Positions 28,601-40,304 of a DNA stretch of 64,000 nucleotides are shown piece by piece. Location: contig NC_092671.1 in assembly GCF_964355755.1 (NCBI RefSeq), positions 15,493,742 through 15,557,741 on the forward strand, in the 5' to 3' direction. The first letter of the stretch is position 1, and every line of letters begins with the position of its first letter. The notes beneath the pieces are model-generated. The model was not told where the DNA came from, did no database searches, and worked only from the letters and a program-made list of their open reading frames with translations. The position numbers were made by a program, and so were the translations under genes. The stretch comes from Antedon mediterranea. Taxonomy: Eukaryota > Animalia > Echinodermata.

Positions 28601-31600
28601 TATTTGTGTATATCTTTACCATATTTGGGCACATCACACTTTTTTTTTCAAACTACTTTGATAGTGTAGACAGAGCTTAAGAATGATATCAACTTACTCT
28701 TAGTTTGCCAGCTGCTGAGCCAGTCAGAATCTCAGGACCATCGGTAGTAGACACCAAACACCAAACCACAAAGTTAACCCTCTCTTTGTACAAACTCTTT
28801 GACCATTCTTCAATACCAGTAGACAGATCAAACAATCGAACCTCACCACTGTGGTAGCCCGCAGCAGCATACTGGCCATATGGACTAAATGACACACTAG
28901 TTGCCCCACCAAGCTCTTCACTCTCAAATGTTGTTACATGTCGTCCCAGTTGCCCAGACCAAATCTTAAAATTAAAAAAATAGCAATCTTATACAAGTAC
29001 ACAAAACCCAATTCACAGGCATAGAAAAATCTATAGAGATGTACATGAACAAACTACAAAATATTATTTTGTAAACCAAAATAAATACCTTAATTTTCTG
29101 ATCATCACTAACAGTAATCAGTTCTTGTCCAGCAGTTGAAAAGGACAATCCATTAATTGGCATAGCATGGCCAGACAGTGTCCCCACCTAAAATATGAAG
29201 AGTAAGCACCTTATTGACAATAGAAAATAAACAATTTTGCATACCTGGCTTGAATTTATACAGGATGAACTGCTTGGAAATACATAATAACAAAGAGTAT
29301 AGAGGTGGTACATTGTGTTCTCAATTAGAAATATTAAGCTCTGTCTACACTATCAAACTAGTCTGACAAAAAATGTGATGTGCACAAATGTGGTAGTGAT
29401 ATGCTCAAATATGGTAGTGATATGACATCATCATGTCCATATATGGGCACCTCAAATTTTGTTGTCACATAAAATTTGATAGTGTAGACAATGTTTTAAA
29501 CAGAGTATAGAGACTTATTAAATAGATGATTTAAATTTCTATTGATTCAAATAATAATGTTTTTAACTGTTTTATACATTCATTTCTTACCTGGGTGCCA
29601 TTGTCTGCAGACCAAAGCTTGACAGCTCCACATAGAGATGCTGAAGCTATGTGACGACCCGAAGGAGAATAAGCCAAGTCACGAATGGCTGAAGTGTGTC
29701 CTCTTAAGATCTTGAAAAAGATATATATACACACTATACAGATGCATGTTAATGTATTTATGTATGTTATATATATATAAGTTCATATGAGCTGCTAGTT
29801 TTTTTAAATTCTAAATCCTATTTCTTGTAATTTTTTGTTCAAACCAAAATATAATGCAAACGAAAATATCAAATAGAATACTTACAGCAAGTCTTTTCAT
29901 GTTCACAATATCAATTATTACAATGGTTGAATCCCAGCCTCCGAATGCAACTTTGTTTGATTCTGGATGTAAGGCAGCACAGTTGATTGGATTTGATGAG
30001 CGGTATTCCCTAAGATATGACCCATCTTTTGAACTCCAGACCATTAACATACAATCCCATGAAACGGACACAAGCAGATTTTCCTTAGCACTATATACAC
30101 AGTTACTCACTCGTCTCTTGTGCTTTGTCATTCGACCAATTCTGCAACAATATCAAGATTCTAATTTATATTGTATTTAAACACAATCTAAAACTATCTC
30201 ACTATTAAACAATACGTGTTTTGGATGATTATAAGTCATTATTAATTATAAAACTATTCCTATATTAAAACATTAACAGGAAAATTTATTCATAATTATT
30301 CAAAATATTTACCTATGGCCTTGGCTGACATTCCAAAGGCACAGTGTGCCATCCAAGGATGAGCTCACCAGATGTGTATTGCCAACAAAGCAGCAATGAG
30401 ACACTGTATTAGAATGACCTGAGAATGACATCAATTCCATGCCTGTTTCCTGCACATATAGCCTGACTGTACAGTCTTGACTGCCAACGGCAACTAACTT
30501 GTTGTTTGGAGACGTGGAAATACATGTGATGTCCTGAAATAAAGTAGATAAAAGTTGTTAGTAACAGTAAATGTTGGTAACAATACAAAATTTTCATAAG
30601 AAATATATGAACACACAACAAATCAGTTTCAGTCAATATTGTATAATGTAAAACCAGAAAAATAAAATATACCTTTGTAAAACCAGGCAATGTTCTGCTA
30701 CATGAATGAACTCCTTCATGTTTATTTTGCCAGATCAACAGTCGTTTTTTCAAAGATGTATCCAGATTCTCGATGACAGGTTTAACTGTCTGATGTACAA
30801 GAGAATCTGAAGATTCATTAATGGCTTGCTGCCATGTAAGAGACGGGATTCCTGCTATGATGTGGAGATTCCTAGAGACAAAATCTTTGAAAGCCTAGAA
30901 AGAAATAGTAATATTATTTGTTTTATTTTTTTCAATATCATAGTGATATGCCATATTTCACAGTGATGTAATGATGTAACCACAAGAAATTAAGTGGTGT
31001 GGTTTTCGCAAGAAAAGGGAACAATCTCTGTTTAAGCCACTGGGTTGTCAAAGGCCTATGTGAAAAAGTGGTCAGGAAATCAAATTCAACAGAATTAAGA
31101 ATTAATTTATGAATAAATAGCATAAGAAGAAATACAATTTTCTTGCTATAAACTTACAGTAACTTGAGGTGACTGAAGAAACTTTTCCTTTTCTCTTTTA
31201 AACTGTAGAGAGTTTGGTTTTCCTTCTCCTAAGAAATCTCCCATAAGTTGTGTTGCCAGGCCTAGTCTGCATTTAGCTTGGACAAAGTTTAGATTACAAA
31301 GAGTAGTGGCTAGGTTTGAGTACATGCCACAACAGGTTAAATGGTATGGTAACTCTGTGAAGGTATGTGATGATCTGCCTTTCCATGTACCATTCCTATC
31401 TGGATCTGCCTGTGTATGGTAAAAAGCTGAAATATACAAAAATAGGCCATTATATTTGTTATGTTTGACTTTTAATATTAAAAACAATACTATTTGGTTC
31501 AGAATCTCACCTGCCAAAAGTCTATGCAGGACCAACTCAAATTCCATTGCGGTTCCTCTTAAGTATCGCTGACGGATTGCTTTCTCAAATTCCCCATGAC

Positions 31601-34600
31601 CAAGGCTAAGACGTCCAAGACTTTAGAAAAAAAAACAAGTAAATAATAATCTACAATTTCCTAATATTTTTACATACGCATACAGTTTGGCAACGCTACT
31701 ACCAACATTATTACGCTAGCTTTGCCGAGATATTTTAATATTTACTAACCCTTCTTCGGCTATCGGCTGTAAAAACGTTTGCAGGCTACGTAAAAGTTGT
31801 CTGTATGTAGCTTGTGGCATTAGATCTTCTGCAGAAAGTTGTACATTCATAACATCGTGAAACTTGTACTTGTTACTATGGAGAATCTTGTGAATGCTCA
31901 GTAGCTGGTGTAGTTCATCTTCATATAGACCTGAAGGAAAAAACATACTTTATTCTAATATGTTACTTTTACAAGGGGCAGTGGTGTAACGCAGAGGGCA
32001 AAGGCGCCTGGTTTAGCACTCCTAAGGGCCCCTCAAACGATGGGTGTTTTTATTGGGACTGCTCTCATGCTCAGGGGCCCCCTAAGCTCCTGTTTTTAGC
32101 CAGTGAGTGCTCATGGCAATTATGCTATTGACATGAACAATAAAGGAATGAAAAAGGATGTGGAATAGTAATCCTAAACAAGAAATTATTTTTCATGAGA
32201 TCAGTAAATTCTTGATACTTGTATACTGTATACATGGTGTGATACATACCGTTCCTGGCACAGACCAATAAACATAGAGATGTTGAGATAGTGTCTTTAC
32301 TGAAGTCATTCTCCAGACGTTGGAAGATGTCTACCAGCAAAGAGCTCACTGTCTGTGACATCGACTTCAACTTCTTTGAAAGCTAAATAATAATGAACGA
32401 AACTATATTACAAACAAGTACAAGTGTTTCTAAACCTTGAAGTGGGGCTACTCTATAGTATCAACATGTAAATTAGTGTAATAAGATACATTGTTTAACA
32501 GCATGTGGATAAACAATTTATTTCATAAACCAGTAATAGTGTAGAAGTCTTGTAATACAGTATGTATAGTAGTACAGTAAATGTGTCAGAAAGGTAGTGT
32601 TATAACTGAGAGGGCTACCCTATCAAAATAAAATGAATAATAGAATGATCTTTGTACCTCCTCAAATACACCAAACAAGCGGATTTCTTCACAGGCTAAA
32701 CTCAGATAAAGCGGCAAGTTTGCTTCGCGTTTAGCAGTCAGTATTTTCAGCTGGTTATTGAAGGGCGATTCGTCAAGAGTCTTTCCATAAACTGATAAAG
32801 TACTGCGAATCATCTCAGCTTTCTCCAATATGTCTAAAGGTGGCAGAGCGATGATGGAACAACTCTCACGTTGCCGCCTCAACAATGCTTTGTGACTTAT
32901 TGAGTTCTCTTGGCAACTCACAACAAAGATGACATCCTATGAATAAAAAGATCTTTATTGGTGAAATGGAAATATAAAAGATTACTGAGGAAAGAAAAGG
33001 AGGAAGACCAAATGCTAAAATGGATGTTGTTTGGGAAGAAGAAGCAGGAGATAAATAAACATAGAAGAAAGCTATTAAAGGGAAAGAAAGATACTGAAAA
33101 TCATGTAAAATAAATAAAATTTATATCTAATTTTAACTATTATTAACTATAAATTAGGATTAGGTATAAACAAAATCATGTAATTATAAAACCTATATGA
33201 AAACTGATACATAAGAACATCTTTATCAAACCTCTGGAATATTCTCTGGAATCCATTCCAGGTTCTTTGGTTGGTTATCATCCTCTAGATCATCTACTCC
33301 ATCTATGAATATTTTAACTGGAGCTGATTCATAGTGGGATGCTGCTCCCTTCAAAAATTCTGAAAACTCTTCACATAAACTTCTGCAAATAAAGCATTCC
33401 ATATGTCCAGAAAACGTAATATAGGAAGGTGCTATACTAAATTTATATATAGTGTAATTAAAAGAAATACGAAACCAATATACAAAATGATTTCTTTCAC
33501 TGCTTTTGCATATCATTGGTTGTATTGTATTCTACAGACAGTACAGCGGTAAGTAAGGTAGATATATCTTACTTATAATTATCTGGAATTCTACGATTCA
33601 GTCCAAAGCTTGAATTAAGTTGAAAGCAGACGTGTTTAAGTAAGCTTGTGATGTTACCAGGTGCTGCTCCAACATAGTGTACAACAACCATATTATGTTC
33701 ATCCTCTAATATACATTCCCTACACTTCTTAGCAAGTGAGGCCTAGAAAATACAAATATTAATCATTAACAGCCTATTTTGTGTGTGTTTGTGTGAAGCA
33801 GCCTGCCATGAGTATAAGGTAATCAGGCCCGTATCCAAGTCCCCCAAGTCCCAAAAGGTCCACTATTTCCTCGGTTGGTATTTTTTCTTGTCTTGTTTAA
33901 CTAAAGACAATATCATTATATATATACAAAATTTACATTATCAATGGTACACAAACAAAAATATGCTAATATAAAATGAAAAAATACCGGTAATTAAATT
34001 ACGGAATCTGAACGGACTACAAACTCGATGTAAAACATGCGCAGTCGATCATGTGACGACAAGCAATAGCTTAGCGCTTCATGTACGCGGTACGCGGTAA
34101 AGTGTTTGCTGGAAATACAGACAACTTAACCGGCGGTAAAGACGTGTCTGGAAATACAGACACTATCGAATACGGCGCCTAAACAAGGGAAGGCCAACTC
34201 AGACAGCGTCGTACGACGCTGTCTGAGTTGGTCTCATCATGAAAGCGTTAAGTTCTGGTGTCCATCGTTCAACTAGCCCAAGCCACAACAGAGAGTCTTA
34301 AATCAGTCTTTAGAACGTCAAATAACGCAAATTTTGCCAGTGCCTTCGGCCCCTGGACCCTGGCCGGGGGCCCTTGGCGGCCCCCTGGCCCCCAGCCATT
34401 GTTGCTCGCTTCGCTCGCATCCCCCCATTATAAATGCTGCATACGGGCCTGGTAATGTATAGACAGGTAGGGCAGAGACAAAGTGTAAATCAGAGAGCAT
34501 GTCTTGTATTTACTAGGCCTATAGTTTCAGAATTGTTCTAACCTTAGAAAGCAAAGAAAAAATGTCACTACCAGTGAATTAATTGTTACTTAAAGCCATA

Positions 34601-37600
34601 TTTCTCATATGAAGGTATTATTCCACATATATTACAATCAAATGTATTAATTACCATAAAGGCAGACTTTCCACATCCTGGTTTTCCAACCACTCCAACC
34701 AAACCACTTGTCATGCTTTTGATGGCAATCAGACTACCTTTCAACTTGTTTTTACGGCCAACAAATTGGCTTAAATGTGATGACATATAATCTTCATGTA
34801 AATCGTTCTCGGATTCCTTTTCTTCTTCTTCGTCTTGGTCCTGTAATTTAATAAAAAAAATAAATGTGTTTAGTAAGTGTTCTTTGAAAACTAGTTCTTA
34901 AATTAGCCCTTTTTTGCAATCAATTTTTACCTTGAAATCTATGAATTCATCTTTTATTGCTTGCCACAAGTTGTTCACGACACGATTTCCAAACTGTTCT
35001 AATCCAGATAAGACTGGCTTACCATCTACAACACCTCCCCATTCACATGGATACCTAACAAAATCAAATGATAACATCAACATGTTTGTTTGTTTGTTTC
35101 AAACTCCATTTCATTTATTAAAATAAAATTCTAAAAGCTTAATTGTAAGAGTTGAAGTTTAAATCAAATATAGTTTTAGTTGGTAGGTTTATATTTGCAT
35201 AATATTTGTATAAAAATACTGTACTTACATATCGTAAACTTCGAGAGGGCTCTTGCGAATTCTTTCCTTTAGATTACCCCAATTGTCATCTGCAGAGAGG
35301 CTGTCATTGCGGAAATCTGATTTCCATTTATCAGGAATTTTGCTTTGAAAAATATTTTGTTGTTTTAATAATCTATTTATATATGCAGTACCTAATTGGC
35401 CAAATTTTGCTTCAATAGATTAAAATAATTTTACAAAACCAACATATACACATGATATTAATAAAGACACAGGGTTTGAACTCTGATAGAGGAATCTTAC
35501 CACCACGTGATTGAACTACAGTTCTAGAAATTAATTTTACTACTTACTCAATTATGGCATCAGTCCTGAAGTAGAAGAATGCTCGACCTACAGCGGACTC
35601 AGGGTTCGCAAGGGCACCATGCTGCATCTCAAGCTCCGTGATTGAGCGTCCTGTAGGATAATCTTTCAACCAATCAAATTCCTCAGATTGTTTGGATACA
35701 TCATATGATTCTGGTACATAACCGTAGCGATTCCCCAGCAAACCGATAAAGAAGTTAGATCGAGAAACTTCACCAAGACATACTTCAATTGATCTGCAAA
35801 AAATCATAATATAAAAATCATGATATAAAAATTACTTTTTTCAGTGCAAAACAATTTATGTTGTGTATTTTTGTGTACAATTTTCCTCAAATAAATGTCT
35901 TTGTATGGAATTGAAAAGATATCTATTGTTTAGCACTTTCAGTTTCTAAAAATAGAGTTATTACTGACCCATTCTGTTTTGCTTCCTGTTCAGTGACACC
36001 CCATCGTAGGTCAACTTCATAGACGTTAATGTGATGTTTCTTTGCTCGTGCCCTTAATTCTGGAAAGACGCACCTTGTCAAAATATCACGTTCCCCATGC
36101 ATGTCACGAAACGTTGAGGAAATAAATACTCTTGCTGTTCGCCACCTAACATGAACAAAATAGCACCACATTAACAATGTGATGTAAATCAACATGAATC
36201 AATTTTTTGTTATTTAGAAAGAAGAAGAAACATTTTAGAGCTGGAGGAAAGCTTTGAAATTTCATTGAAAAAAATGTAGGATTACAGTACCTTGGTGCTT
36301 TGATGACAGATGGTATTGACATTGATCCTTCAGTCTCTGAAGTAGCCGCCATTTTACTTGCTGCCTTGGCAACTGCAGCCTCCTAGTGTAAACAAAAAAA
36401 TAACTATGTTTTTCATTTATTCAAATATTTTTATTCTTGTACACACCCTAAGAAATATCCCCCACCAGCTTTTTTATAAAGACGTCAAAATTCAATTGCA
36501 TAGCTAATAATTATTATTACCAATACCTGTTCTGGCACCAATTTCTGAGCTTTGTCGATGTTCTCCACATGGGTCAACTGTCCACCACCTCCTCGTTCCG
36601 CAATATACCTCAAGATCTGATCACTGTAGCCAGCAATAAAGATATCATTCTCATTCTCTGGCTGTAAATCAGCTAGTCTGTGAGAACAAAACTAACATTA
36701 ATATTCAATTCAATTCATTCCGGATTTTACAATACAAACAAACACATACATCACACATGCTAGACCCGTGGACTCTAACAGTGAACTAAATCGCTTTCGA
36801 TGGGACTTAAACATTTATATTGGCAAGAGATAAAACATATTTACAGTATTTGTATGAAGAATTAAACCTATACTTACCCTGAAGATTTCCTGCTAAGATC
36901 TACATTGACAAAAAGCAAATTGGGGTTGACGATCTTTCGATATTTTTTGAGAAAATTACCAACCAATTTCCCTTGATCACTGTCCATTTTCAAGCCATCC
37001 GAGAGGATTACAAGATTGTCAAGCTGAAATACAGCATACAAAAATAAGTGTAAAGCTCCGGCTACACTATCAAACTATGTGTCAAAAAAATATGATGTGC
37101 CCATATATGGACATGTTGTCATATCACTACCATATTTTGGCATATCACTACAATACTGTATTTGGGCACATCACACTTTTTTGTCACATAGTTTGATAGT
37201 GTAGACAGAGCTTTAGTTATTAAGTTTTTATGTAACTTTGCTGGACAGTTAATGAGCTGGGCATGTTCAGTTAGTACTTTCTTAACTCCAGGTTTAATTG
37301 ACCACTATTCATCATTAGAATGTACAGTATGTGCGGCAGTGGACTTGCAATGATATTGATATTGATGGAAGAATGATCAAGCCTTACTTGCATTCTGTCT
37401 CTAATCATTTCAAAGAATGATTCATCACTCAAAACAGCTTCGCCAGTTGCATCATCTGCAGCAGTCATGACCTTTAAAAAAAGAGTAAGAAACATCAAAC
37501 ATGATACAGACATTGGGTTATACCATTTGTGGAAAGGGGTGTTCAATGTAAATTTTTCTTTTCAAGTTATATTTCGCTCTTTAAGGGCTATTGTCGGTTT

Positions 37601-40268
37601 ATCTAGGTAAGCTAGGAACGAAATAGTCTAAGTATCGTCCTATTGTCTTCATCACTCTATCTTTCCAATTTTCAGGTAGACATTCAAACAAAAAAGACAA
37701 TTTTAACTCTACCTCAGAGCAATCAATGACACTCTTCATATTATCCAAAATGGTTCCTTTCTCAAGTTCAACTTTCATCTGTTGACCATTGGCATAGATT
37801 ATCAATGTACATTCCTCACAAGAGTACTTGCACATGAGACCAAGCAAAACACCAACTTCCAGAACCTGCAATAAAAAAAATATACAATAGTTTAGTCTCA
37901 ATGGAAGAATTTGCCTCAGTCATGGTAATTAATGTCCATTAAGCTATGATCCCAAAATAATATCTTTTTTTAGAACTAGGTACATATATTAACAAAATCA
38001 AACAAGTTAAAACTGCCTCAATATAAATTTATTAACACATGAAAAAGAAAAGAATTGTAACAAAGGATAACATATATCCGTCTCAAAATTGCATAATACA
38101 ACAAATCAGTCAATCAAAGATGTCAACAAACAAAAAGCTATAAAAACATGCCTCCAAAAGCTAAGGTGTATCTACCCTGCCTATGCAGCTCTATTTATTC
38201 ATCATATATTAACATAAATGCTTCATTGGTTGTGGTGAAACCAGTTGAAATAACTTGATTGTTCATTTGTAAGCATATTAAAATTGCTGTATGAATGTTC
38301 AACAACTCAAAAGACATCACATTATTTCTTCAATGTAAATCTCTTATACAATTCTAGTCACTTCTAAAATCTCACCTTTTCCAATAACTATTGTTGGTCT
38401 TTTAGTGCTGTGAGACATCAGTTAATAGCGCTTTATAAAATTATATTATTATTAATATTATTACATACCGACTTAGGTCTTCCAAGTCCTTTTGCTGATG
38501 TACATGGAATTTTCATATGTGCTCCAACATTCAGGAAAATCATGGTGCGTCCTGGGATAGGAGACACGTTATAAGACGTGGCAATCTTGACAGCTGTGTC
38601 TAATGCTTTACGGTATCTCTCCAAGATAAGGACATCATACATTTTTTCTCTATCGGTTCAAAAAGTGGTAGATTACTTTATTACTAATTTATAGCATAAA
38701 ATGTAAGTATATTGGTTTACAAGCTATCATTATGGTTAGAGGAATTAATTATCTTCACACTTTGAGTGGCAAATATGTACTACAGTATGTATGTATTTAT
38801 ATTTATATAACCTGAGATGACAAAGGAATTTTAAACACCCTAAGCACCAATGGATGACCCCAAAATCACTCTCTAGATTTTGATTCAAGAATACAAAAAT
38901 GGGGGTGTATGGTAACCCCCTCTTCCTTGTTTACATACTTGACTATTACTTCTTTTTTCTTATTTTTCTTTCTTATATTGTGTTTTGCCATTTGTTCTTT
39001 CTTCATAGCAGCTTTGATGATTGCTCCTTCTATAGAAACAATTTAAAAAAATACAGTAATAGTTTTTATTATGTCTTGTCATCCTTATCTTCATAACTAT
39101 GATGTATAAACAACACTTCTATCACTAACAAAAGGAAATACTGTACATATTTATGTGTTTACAAAATACAAGTTAGTCTATGAACATCATTTTAATTAAT
39201 GCTGAAAAACAAATGAATGGCTTGAAGATCTTACCGGACTTTTCCAGATCTTGTTGAAGTTGTCGAAGGGCTTCATATGCAGAGAAAAATCTAAATGGGA
39301 ACTGGCGACTATTGACAACTGCATTCTGATTGGTCAGTCTTTTTATGACCCCATCATGATGTTTTTGTGACATACCAGATTGTATCATATTACGAAGATT
39401 CCTCAACATTGCCATGAATGGCAACTTTTTGTTATCTACAAAGATCACAAAACCAAATGTAATTAATTTATTGGAGTAAAAATTTAAATTAATTTAAAAA
39501 TTGCTTTGTATTAGGAGATTATGGCCAATGATACAGTATCAGTAATAGAAAACTAACAATTTACATTAAAATATAATACAACTCTTCCAATACTGGCCAA
39601 ATACGTCTGGTTTTCAGGAAAGTCTGTTATGCTATCTGTCTGTTATCTGGTAAAAATGAATTTGGGACCTGTTTGACCTAAAAAAAAGTCTGTATTGAGA
39701 GAGTTTACTGTATTGATGTTGTAAGCAAATACAGAATTCAAATATTCAGCCATGTTTAAGCCATAGCAACAATTATTAAGTTTTAAAATATCTACCTAAC
39801 AAGCGTTCCCATGTTTTTGCTTTGTTGCCAAACTTTGAAACCTGAGTTTCCCATGTTTCAGGTATTGCCAATTTCATTCTCTTTCCAGCCATATCTGCAT
39901 CCCAAACACCAGTTAATTTGGCCTTATAGAAGCTCTCCAAGTCCTCTGGATACCTGTAAATAAAACAAAACAAATCCATAAATATTAAAATATGAAAAGA
40001 TATAAAAAAACAAGATATACACAGATCTGCATTACATGATTGCCTGCATATGCACCTATAGTTGGATGCCCGCATGTACCTATTTAGACTGATTTTATTA
40101 GCAATGTTTGTTTGTTTTATTCGTTTACCACACACATTTTAATACAAAGTAAGACAAATAATTGAAAGATATAGTAGTAATACAGTGTGTGATAGGTCAC
40201 CAAAATAAGATTGCAAAGAATCTTTAAGTCATGGCCACCAGTTAAAATAAAAATAAAGAAAAAAGTAC

Positions 40269-40304
<36 letters not shown>

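Noticed and set aside
29854-30180. ORF 29854..30180(+) of 108 aa
   Set aside because: It is antisense to a well-conserved TEP1 WD40 exon; the sense strand carries the conserved peptide.
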